From an uncultured Thermoplasmata archaeon (GTDB taxonomy: Archaea > Thermoplasmatota > Thermoplasmata > Lutacidiplasmatales > UBA184), in contig CAWCRH010000006.1 of NCBI GenBank assembly GCA_963797975.1, positions 347,967-411,966 of the forward strand: a DNA stretch of 64,000 nt. Direction: 5' to 3'. Each line of letters starts with the position of its first letter. Position 1 is the stretch's first letter. The notes below the pieces were generated by a model. The model searched no databases. It was not told the origin of the DNA and saw only the letters and a list, made by a program, of their open reading frames with translations. A program made the position numbers and the translations under genes. This document shows, in pieces, positions 57,110-64,000 of this stretch.

Positions 57110-57805
57110 CTTGGCGGTGGCTCGGCGCAGGAGCTCGAGCGTCGCGGATCGACCGCTTCCGAGCGTCCGGGCGACGTCTCCGAGCGATCCCCTTCGAGGG
57201 TAGTCAAAGTAGCCGATGTCGTAGGCGATGCGTAGCGCCCGGTCCTGCCGCCGCGTGAGCGCCGCGCCGGATCGGTAGGGCTTCAGCCGAGCGATCGCGA
57301 GCCGTCCGCTGCTCCCCACCGGGAGGTCTCGAAGGAACGCCTTCGTCCGGGCTCCCCGAGGAAGGACGATCCGCCAGGCGTCCCGCTCCTTGCGGGACAT
57401 GAGAGGACAGGCCACGCAGATCCCCCCGGCACGGTATGTCGCGGTGCAGATCGACGGGGCCGGCTCACTGACCCGCATCATCACGCGCCCCGGCGCGATG
57501 TGAGCAAGAGCGACGTGCCGAAGGCGGAGACGACGTCGCAGGGCATGGAGAAGGCGGTCCGTTCGCTCCGGAGCGACCTCGACGTCCAGCCATCGCAGTA
57601 GACGTCGCGGTGCGCGGTCGGTCAGCCGACAGGCGATGAGATGCGTCTCGGCCCCCTCCCGCTGGAAGAGTTCAGAGAGGGAATGGGCTTCCCGCCGGTG
57701 GTCGAGCCGGACCTCGAACAGGGGGGGCAGGTGGGGGGTCGCGGGCGCTCGCTTCGGGCGCGGAGCCGGCGGGACGGGACGATGAGTGGAGCTCGCCACG
57801 GGCAT
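57059..57805 (-). CDS. HTH_10 (Bat-type) DNA-binding domain protein
   Basis: The C-terminus LTRRQDRALRIAYDIGYFDYPRRGSLGDVARTLGSGRSATLELLRRATAKL is the archaeal HTH_10 signature. The N-terminal domain is unknown. Confidence 0.75.
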   Translation of the reverse strand: MPVASSTHRPVPPAPRPKRAPATPHLPPLFEVRLDHRREAHSLSELFQREGAETHLIACRLTDRAPRRLLRWLDVEVAPERTDRLLHALRRRLRLRHVALAHIAPGRVMMRVSEPAPSICTATYRAGGICVACPLMSRKERDAWRIVLPRGARTKAFLRDLPVGSSGRLAIARLKPYRSGAALTRRQDRALRIAYDIGYFDYPRRGSLGDVARTLGSGRSATLELLRRATAKLAGGRYGDELRVRATP

Positions 57806-57919
57806 GGGCCTGCTGGCGCCCGACGCCGTCGTGACGCTATGAACGTATTGTCAACGCGAGCCTTCGTTGCCGGCCCGTCTGCGCGTCCGGGGCAAGCGGC
57901 CGGGGGCCTACCGGGCTCT

Positions 57920-58967
57920 CTATGAGCGCGTGTCCTTCCGCGCCGTGAAGGCGAGGTTCTCTTCGGGTCCGGTCGGCGGGAGGAAGTTCACTACCAGGAG
58001 GAGGCGGACGGCCGCTTCCCCCCGCCCGGTCAGGCGGTACCTGCTCCCCTTCGTGCGTGACCAGCCCCGCGTCGACGAGCCGGCGAAGGTGGAACGAAAG
58101 CTTCGGGGAGTCCACGAGCCCTGTGGATTGCATCGCGTCGCCGAAGGAGGCCGGACCTTCGGCCAGGCGATGTAGGACGTTGCGTCGGATGGGGCTCGCG
58201 AGCGCCTCGAGCGTGCTGTCGGTTTCGTCCTTGGCCACTGCCCCCGCGAGCGCGGTAGCGACCGACTCGGAGACCCGACGCGGGTTGAGCCCCACCCGAA
58301 GCGGACCGTGGCCGGCGAGGTCTGAGCGGAGCTGGTCGAGCACCGCGACGATATCCTCGAGCCGGTGGCCCTCCACCATTCGGTCGATCCCGGCGATCAC
58401 CACTGCGGCCTTCGGGTGCGACGCGACGAACCCCTCGACCCGGTCGACGAGCAGGACCGGCTGGCCCGGGTCATAGGGTTCAATGGTCAGGTGCTCCTCC
58501 GAGGACGCCGAATAGGGGCCGAGCAGCAGGACGTCGTGCTGGCCGGTCTCGGCGAGGGCGCGTGCCTCGCGCATCGGATCCCGAAAGGAGTCCGGAGCCG
58601 ATTCATAGGCGTGTTCCTGCGCCACGAGCCGCAGGGTCTCCTGGACCTGTTCCGCGCGGAACGGCTTGCGGATGTAGTCGAACGCCCCGAGCTTCATCGC
58701 CTCGAGGGCCGTCTCGACCGTGGCGTAGCCCGTGATCATCACCACCAAGGTCCGTGGCCATCGGTGCCGGATCTCCGCCAGGAGCTCGAGTCCGCTCTGG
58801 CGGGGCATCTTGAGGTCGGTGAGGACAACGTCCACTTCCTGGTTCGTGAGCACGTCGATGGCTTTCGGTGCGCTGGAGGCGCTCGCCACATTATGTCCGT
58901 CCTCGACGAGCAGGTCGGAGAGCTCCTGGCGGAAGACGGGGTCGTCGTCCACGACCAGGATTCGCAT
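57920..58967 (-). pseudogene. Response regulator (REC, central domain, then ArsR-like wHTH), interrupted by a +1 frameshift at GGTACC 58036-58041 as assembled
   Basis: MRILVVDDDPVFRQEL...VVLTDLKMPRQSG...ITGY...KPF is the REC domain. The wHTH reads LASPIRRNVLHRLAEGPASFGDAMQSTGLVDSPKLSFHLRRLVDAGLVTHEGEQ. The expected YRLTGRGEAAVRLL continues in the +1 frame to the TAG at 57920. Confidence 0.8.
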
Positions 58968-59102
58968 GGGCGTCCTCACCCACGCGGGGAAAAATCGTTT
59001 GCACAGGCCGTAGAGCTCCCTAGACCCAGCCCAAAGACGCTCCCCGGGGCCTCGAGAACCCACGCCGAAACGACCCGAGAACAGGTCTCCCCGGGCGCCG
59101 CT

Positions 59103-60560
59103 TCACCCCGCCGCCGCGCCGGGCGAGCTGAGGGGAAGTCGGATCAGGAAGCTGGCGCCCGCCTCGGGATCGTTACGGGCAGTGATCGTGCCGTGGTGCG
59201 ACTGTACGATACCGTGGCAGATGGCGAGTCCCAGGCCAGTGCCCTGACCTTCTGGCTTGGTCGTGAAGAACGGCTCGAAGATGTGCGGAAGGATCTCGGC
59301 CGCGATCCCCGGCCCATGGTCGAGGACCTCGACCTCGGCGTAGGGACCCCGTCGCCGCACCGTGATCCGGATCGTTCCCTTCCCGTTCATCGCGTCGCAC
59401 GCGTTGTTGAGCAGATTGGTCAGGACCTGCATGAGCTGGCCACGATCCCCGTAGACCAGGACCGGCTCCGAGGGATACTCCTCCTCGATGTCGATGTCGG
59501 CCGACTGCTTACCGCGAAGGAAGGCGACCGACTCGCGGGAGACGGTCGTCAGATCGACCTCGGTGTTCCGCGGCTCGTTGCGACGGGCGAAGTCGAGCAG
59601 GCTGCGCACGATCCGCGCAGCCACGTCGACCTCGTTCGACAGCGTGTCGATCCGCGCGAGGGCCCACGGGTCCTTCGTGCGTCGGCGAAGGCTCTCGGCG
59701 ATGAGCATCACGTTCGCGAGCGGCGTGTTGATCTCGTGCGCCACCCCCGCTGCGAGCTGGCCGATCGAGGCGAGCTTGTCGGAGTGGGCGGCTCGGAGCT
59801 CGAGCTTGCGCTGCTCGGAGAGGTCGACCACGACCCCCAGGTAGTGGGTGACCGTGCCGGCCTGGTCTCGGATCGCTGTGATGCTCAGCTGCACGGGTCG
59901 GTCGCTGCCCGCGCGATCACGATTGACCAGTTCCCCCGACCACGCCCCCCGCTTTGGGTCGAGCAACGCGCTCCACATCGCCTCGTAGAGCGCGGGCGGG
60001 GTCTGCGGGCTCGAGACCAGGTTCGGCTTGCGGCCGATGCATTCGTACCGCGGGTAGCCGTAGATGCGCTCGAAGGCCGGATTCACGTCGACGATCACCC
60101 CCTGCGGGTCCGTGAGCTCCATCGCATCGGTCGAGGTCAGGAACGCCTCGTGGAACAGCTGGGCTCGCTCGTGCTCCAGCACTCGGTCGCTCACGTCCCG
60201 GATCACGAGCAGGGCGCGGGCCGGAGTTCGTTCGGCCGGGCCGACGGGCCGGACATCGACGTCGAGGAAGACCCCCTCCTCCCGGGCGCGGTAGCGCGCA
60301 CGGATCGAGCGGAAGGTGGTGCTCTCGTGAGCCGTCAGCGCGGCATCCACGGCTGCCCGGATGGGGAGGGACCAGGTGCCGTCGCTCTCCAAGATCGTAT
60401 GAAAGTCCGTCCCGAGGATGGACGCGCTACGTCCGGTCGTGCTGAAGTACCCGGAGTTCGCCCAGGTGATCGTTCCGGGTGCTTCGATCATCGCCAACCC
60501 GAACGGCACGCTCTCGAGCGCATCTCTGGAGGGGTGGACGGCCGCCTTGGACTTGGGCAT
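59103..60560 (-). CDS. PAS-domain sensor histidine kinase
   Basis: There are two PAS-like segments, the H-box AAGVAHEINTPL, the N-box LLNNACDAM, and G-boxes DHGPGI and GTGLGLAI. Confidence 0.85.
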   Translation of the reverse strand: MPKSKAAVHPSRDALESVPFGLAMIEAPGTITWANSGYFSTTGRSASILGTDFHTILESDGTWSLPIRAAVDAALTAHESTTFRSIRARYRAREEGVFLDVDVRPVGPAERTPARALLVIRDVSDRVLEHERAQLFHEAFLTSTDAMELTDPQGVIVDVNPAFERIYGYPRYECIGRKPNLVSSPQTPPALYEAMWSALLDPKRGAWSGELVNRDRAGSDRPVQLSITAIRDQAGTVTHYLGVVVDLSEQRKLELRAAHSDKLASIGQLAAGVAHEINTPLANVMLIAESLRRRTKDPWALARIDTLSNEVDVAARIVRSLLDFARRNEPRNTEVDLTTVSRESVAFLRGKQSADIDIEEEYPSEPVLVYGDRGQLMQVLTNLLNNACDAMNGKGTIRITVRRRGPYAEVEVLDHGPGIAAEILPHIFEPFFTTKPEGQGTGLGLAICHGIVQSHHGTITARNDPEAGASFLIRLPLSSPGAAAG

Positions 60561-60658
60561 GGAACGCTCGATGCCGGAACCCCCCGGGCGTAGAAATGGT
60601 CTGGGTCTGCCGGCCAGAATCCCCGGACCGCACGGGGCGCACCGCGGTCCCAGAAATC

Positions 60659-60674
60659 GTCAACCATGGTTGAC
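60659..60674. promoter_or_regulatory. 16-bp perfect palindrome GTCAACCATGGTTGAC in the divergent intergenic region
   Basis: It was read directly from the sequence. It lies between the kinase start (60560, minus) and the 60712 gene (plus). One such palindrome per window could occur by chance. Confidence 0.3.
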
Positions 60675-60711
60675 CGCGGTTTGATAGGATGCCCACCAGT
60701 GAATCTGCGCG

Positions 60712-61479
60712 ATGCCAGGTTCCCGGGTGCTCGTCGTCGCCGAAACGCCTAGCCTGGCCCGATCCCTGAGCTACCTCTTGGAATCGGCGGGGATCCCCAC
60801 CGATACGGTCGCCGCGCTCGAGGGTGGGGAATCGCGGGCGACGGCGACCGAGCCGGTGGGCCACTCGCTCATCATCGCCGCGAGCAGCGGACCGTACTGC
60901 GCAACGGCGCGACGGTGGATCCAGGGCGGATTTCCGGGAACGGAGCTCATCGTGGTCGGTTCACGGGACCCCACCCTCGCGAGTGCTCCGCATATACGAC
61001 AGGTCGACCTGCCGCTACGGCCCGGAGACCTTTTGGAGCTGGTGCGGAAACGATTGCCTCCGATCGCGCCCTCGAACGCGAACTCGATCTCACCGGCGCC
61101 CGCCGACGGGCCGCTGGGTCGATGGGACCTCTTGGCCCTCCCGTCTCGGGACCGCTCAAATACGCCTAGCGGCGTGGCCGCCCCCGTGACGACCCGGCGT
61201 ACCCAGAAGCGCACCACGGGGCCTCGAGCGACGCGAAGGCGGACCTCGGCCCGACCCTCCGCCCCCCGCCGGGCCCTGGGCCTTTCCCTGGCGGAGCCGC
61301 CGCACGGCCACATCGTCTGTCGACTGTGCGGACGGATCCACCCCCTCGACCTGCAGCCCGAAGACATCCGGCTCCTCGTAGAGCTCTCCGCACGTGGGCC
61401 TCGCGGCTGGACGGTCGAACGGATCGCCTACTCCCTCGCCGCCGTCTGCCCGAGCTGCGCTGCGAACCTGCCGAAGTAG
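60712..61479 (+). CDS. Pseudo-receiver-like N-domain fused to a Fur-C-terminal-like Cys4 domain; function unknown
   Basis: The N-terminus RVLVVAETPSLARSLSYLLESAGI... has a REC-like beta-alpha pattern but lacks the acidic pocket. The C-terminus HGHIVCRLCGRIHPLD...WTVERIAYSLAAVCPSCA resembles the Fur dimerisation/zinc domain. The linker is Arg/Thr/Pro-rich. Confidence 0.45.
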   Translation: MPGSRVLVVAETPSLARSLSYLLESAGIPTDTVAALEGGESRATATEPVGHSLIIAASSGPYCATARRWIQGGFPGTELIVVGSRDPTLASAPHIRQVDLPLRPGDLLELVRKRLPPIAPSNANSISPAPADGPLGRWDLLALPSRDRSNTPSGVAAPVTTRRTQKRTTGPRATRRRTSARPSAPRRALGLSLAEPPHGHIVCRLCGRIHPLDLQPEDIRLLVELSARGPRGWTVERIAYSLAAVCPSCAANLPK

Positions 61480-61501
61480 CCTTTGACGCGGGGACCCACC
61501 G

Positions 61502-62659
61502 ATGATGGGGTTCTTCACCAACCCGAAGATCGCCTTCGGACCCGGCGCGATCGAACAGCTCGCCGCGCTCGCTCCTCGCGAGGTCACCGTTCTCGTCGCC
61601 CCCGCGGTCGCTCGTCTCGACCCGGTCCGTCGCCTCGTCGACTGGCTCGGTGAGTTCGCTACCCGCCCTACGGTCCTCGAGGGCTCCGGGCTCTCGCCCA
61701 CTCTGGAGGAGGTCGACCGTCTGGTCGCCGCGCTCTCCGGCCCGCCGGATCTGATCGTGGCCGTGGGAGGAGGAAGCCTGATCGATGCCTCGAAGGGCCT
61801 TCGCGGACGCCTTCTGCGACCCGACATCGCGCTGACGCAGTGGACCCCCCTCACCGAGATCCCGTCCGGACCTTCCTCCAGACTGGTCACGATCCCGACG
61901 ACGTGCGGCAGCGGGAGCGAGATGAGCGGAACGGCGCACCTTCTGGACCGCGATGGCGACACGTGGGAGGTGACCCACCGAGCGATCACGGCAGATTGGG
62001 CCCTTCTGGACCCTGAGTTCTCCCGGAGCCTTCCGGCATCGGAGACGGCCGCCACCGGTATGGAAGCGATCGCCCACGCGCTGGAGGCGCTCGCGTCCGA
62101 GTGGGCGAACCCGTTCACCGACGCGTTCGCTCGGGACGCGCTCGCGCTCGGGCTCCCGGCCCTCACCCGACTCGCCCGACAGCCGAGGGACGTGGAGGCA
62201 CGCGCGACCGTCCATTACGCGGCGAGCCGCGCGGGGCTAGCGGCAGCGAACTCCTCGCTGGGACTGGCCCACGCCTGGGCCCGCGCGCTGCTTCCCGAGA
62301 TCCCTAAGGCCGACTACGGCCGCCTGCTCGCCGCAGCTCTTCCCACGGTCGTCGAGTACAACTTCCCCTCCAAGCGCGACGTCTACGAAGGGATCCTACC
62401 GCTGTTCGCTTCGTTCTCGGACGCGGTGACGGAGACCTTCGGAGCCCGGCTCACATCGCTTCTACGTCAGCTCTCTCTCCCGACCGACCTGCGCGGAGCC
62501 GGCGCTGAGCTGGACGGGCTGCGCTCCGGACGGGACCGGATCGTCCGGCGGGTCCTCGCTTCGACCGCGACCGTCGCTAACCCCCGGGTTCCATCGGCCG
62601 CCGATGCCGGACGGCTGCTCGACTCGATGGTGAGCGGGGTCGCTCGCCGACCCCCATAG
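61502..62659 (+). CDS. Iron-containing (group III) alcohol dehydrogenase family protein
   Basis: LIVAVGGGSLIDASKG, and His-rich metal-site regions (GMEAIAHALEA, LGLAHAW). The product is 385 aa. Confidence 0.75.
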   Translation: MMGFFTNPKIAFGPGAIEQLAALAPREVTVLVAPAVARLDPVRRLVDWLGEFATRPTVLEGSGLSPTLEEVDRLVAALSGPPDLIVAVGGGSLIDASKGLRGRLLRPDIALTQWTPLTEIPSGPSSRLVTIPTTCGSGSEMSGTAHLLDRDGDTWEVTHRAITADWALLDPEFSRSLPASETAATGMEAIAHALEALASEWANPFTDAFARDALALGLPALTRLARQPRDVEARATVHYAASRAGLAAANSSLGLAHAWARALLPEIPKADYGRLLAAALPTVVEYNFPSKRDVYEGILPLFASFSDAVTETFGARLTSLLRQLSLPTDLRGAGAELDGLRSGRDRIVRRVLASTATVANPRVPSAADAGRLLDSMVSGVARRPP

Positions 62660-62680
62660 CCACGGTACTTTCCGAGGGAA

Positions 62681-63775
62681 CTACGTAGGAACGGGTCCGG
62701 CGACCATTCGACGCGCCGGCCGCTCTCCGGGCGCGGGCCCGGGCGGGGGGGTGGGAGGCGCTTCCACCGCGTGGTTGATCGCGATCTCGGCGAGGTCGGT
62801 CGCGTAGAGCCCCGTCCGTTCGATGCTCTCAAGCACGTAGGCGAGACCGACCGCGATGCGGCCCTTTTTGGTCGCGAGCTCGGCCAGGACGTGGGCACGT
62901 TCTTCGACCAGCCGGTGGACCGTGTCGATGACCTCGTTCGCCCGGTCGATGTCCCGTTGTTCGAGGCTGTCGAGCGCGTCCGAGAGTGCTTTGGTCGCCG
63001 TAGTGGCCATCGCTTCGAGCTCGTCCACCATCGCGGCGGGGGGTTTGTCCTTGTCGAGGAGCGCCACCGTTTCCGCGATGCGCACGGCGTGGTCGGCCAC
63101 CCGCTCGAGCAGGCGGGAGGTCAGCAAGTACGTCGAGCAGTCGGGGAGGGTGAGGTCGAGCGAGGAGAGCACCCGGGCGTCGCGGAGTGCAGAGTTCACC
63201 TGTTTTTCCATGAACCAGTGCAAGCGATCGACCTCCCAGTCGCGCTCGACCACGTCGCGGGCGATCGATGCGCCCTGGCTACGGAGCGCCGCCATGGCGT
63301 CCGTGTGCATCGCCCGGACCATCTGGTGCATCCGGCGGATGACCGAGGGGATCGGGAGAGGGTTGGCCCCGACGACGTCCTGGAGAATAACGGACTCGGC
63401 CGTCTCCTCGAGGATCTCGGGACCGATGACGCGCTGGGCGAATCCGCGGACCACGTCTCTCGTTCGGGCGCTCATCCGACCTTCGGTCCGGATCTCGAGA
63501 AGCGACGAGCCCGCGATGTACTCGGCGATGAGGCGGCGAAGGAGGTAGTCTTCTTGCATATCGTTCGAGACGACGATCACGCGGCGAGCGACCTCCCCCG
63601 TTCCTCCATCCTCGGGGGAGACAGTGAGCGAGCCATCGGGCCGCGGCGTGAAGGAGAGAAGATCCCCCGCGTGCAGGCCGCGGCTGGTCACCCAGTTCTT
63701 CGGGAGCGAGATGATGAACGTTGATCCCCCGGTCTTCTGGATACGACGGCCGTGGAATCCCCCGGTACTGCGCAT
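62681..63775 (-). CDS. Phosphate uptake regulator: AbrB/SpoVT-type N-domain plus two PhoU repeats (archaeal type)
   Basis: RRIQKTGGSTFIISLPKNWVTSRGLHAGDLL is the AbrB-like swapped-hairpin domain. PhoU-like helical repeats follow (VERDWEVDRLHWF, LLERVADHAVRIAE, SIERTGLYATDLAE). Confidence 0.8.
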   Translation of the reverse strand: MRSTGGFHGRRIQKTGGSTFIISLPKNWVTSRGLHAGDLLSFTPRPDGSLTVSPEDGGTGEVARRVIVVSNDMQEDYLLRRLIAEYIAGSSLLEIRTEGRMSARTRDVVRGFAQRVIGPEILEETAESVILQDVVGANPLPIPSVIRRMHQMVRAMHTDAMAALRSQGASIARDVVERDWEVDRLHWFMEKQVNSALRDARVLSSLDLTLPDCSTYLLTSRLLERVADHAVRIAETVALLDKDKPPAAMVDELEAMATTATKALSDALDSLEQRDIDRANEVIDTVHRLVEERAHVLAELATKKGRIAVGLAYVLESIERTGLYATDLAEIAINHAVEAPPTPPPGPAPGERPARRMVAGPVPT

Positions 63776-64000
63776 CGCGACCGGCTGGTCTCACGACACT
63801 ATATAGTTTCGGCCCAGGTTCGGATGCACGAAGGGGGGCCGGGGCGGTCGGCGATCGCCCGACCGGGGCGACGTGCCTTGTACCCACCCCGGCGAGCGTA
63901 ATGAACTGCCCGGCTGTCGCGCTCCCCCTCCAACGATCCATGAGTATTCCGACGTCCTCCTCCTCGAAGATATCCTCCCCCGAGGAACGCCCCTCTTCGC

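Noticed and set aside
58365-60593. Very long (742-aa) plus-strand ORF
   Set aside because: It lies antisense to the histidine kinase and response regulator, both of which carry unmistakable motifs (H, N and G boxes; REC). Its product is Arg/Gly/Asp/Val-rich with no protein-like pattern. This is the typical shadow ORF of high-GC DNA.
61156-62215. Two overlapping ~340-aa minus-strand ORFs
   Set aside because: They are antisense to the 60712 gene and the Fe-ADH gene. Their products are low-complexity and Arg/Ser/Gly-rich. The same reasoning applies to many other track ORFs (for example 165-794, 1159-2016, 6174-7136, 14842-16089, 21532-22530, 32977-34086, 36798-37907 and 62771-63724).
1-64000. 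Search for CRISPR arrays, rRNA genes, IS elements, transposases and integrases
   Set aside because: No regularly spaced direct repeats, no rRNA-like conserved stretches, and no DDE or tyrosine/serine recombinase-like ORFs were recognised by eye. Absence is not proven without a computational repeat scan.
63941-64000. Possible start of a plus-strand gene (ATGAGTATTCCGACG...) at the right edge
   Set aside because: Only 20 codons are visible and they are Ser/Pro-rich. This cannot be supported as a feature.

Overview
This is a high-GC, densely packed archaeal chromosomal segment with about 65 protein genes and 2 tRNAs. Many neighbouring genes are coupled by ATGA, GTGA or TTGA start/stop overlaps. 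The archaeal call rests on fibrillarin, an AbrB-PhoU regulator, an HTH_10 regulator, AT-rich TATA-like promoters close to start codons, and tRNA architecture. No rRNA genes, CRISPR arrays, integrases or transposases were seen.

Gene content from left to right:
- A group-3b-like [NiFe] hydrogenase operon (beta, cNMP-binding protein, gamma, delta, alpha) that carries an embedded cyclic-nucleotide-binding gene.
- ilvE divergent from a 2-oxoacid:ferredoxin oxidoreductase, then fhs, msrA, DUF885, RidA and fibrillarin.
- A six-gene conjugation/Ced-like type-IV-secretion-like operon (wHTH, VirB2-like pilin, polytopic membrane protein, 2-TM protein, small TM protein, VirB4-like ATPase) followed by an orphan SPPY DNA methyltransferase.
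- An HPS-RraA fusion, tRNA-Glu, an HpcH aldolase, a glycogen-debranching-like enzyme and small housekeeping genes.
- A complete hydroxyproline-catabolism-like cluster, glnA divergent from lrp, and tRNA-Leu.
- A roughly 5.3 kb accessory stretch that ends in a wHTH plus nucleotidyltransferase pair.
- A DtxR-regulated Zn/Mn ABC transporter.
- A proline dehydrogenase-like alpha/beta pair plus pruA.
- A U32-family gene divergent from chorismate mutase.
- A PAS histidine kinase, a response regulator and an HTH_10 group, then Fe-ADH and AbrB-PhoU.

Main second-look items:
1. The relaxase-less, integrase-less T4SS/Ced-like operon.
2. Nine conserved genes interrupted by single-nucleotide frameshifts as assembled. 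Eight look like 1-nt insertions, and four of those lie exactly at a GTAC tetranucleotide.
3. Several unusual gene pairings: cNMP with hydrogenase, U32 with chorismate mutase, and a pseudo-receiver fused to a Fur-C-like domain.

All functional calls come from motif and family recognition by eye. No database search was run.
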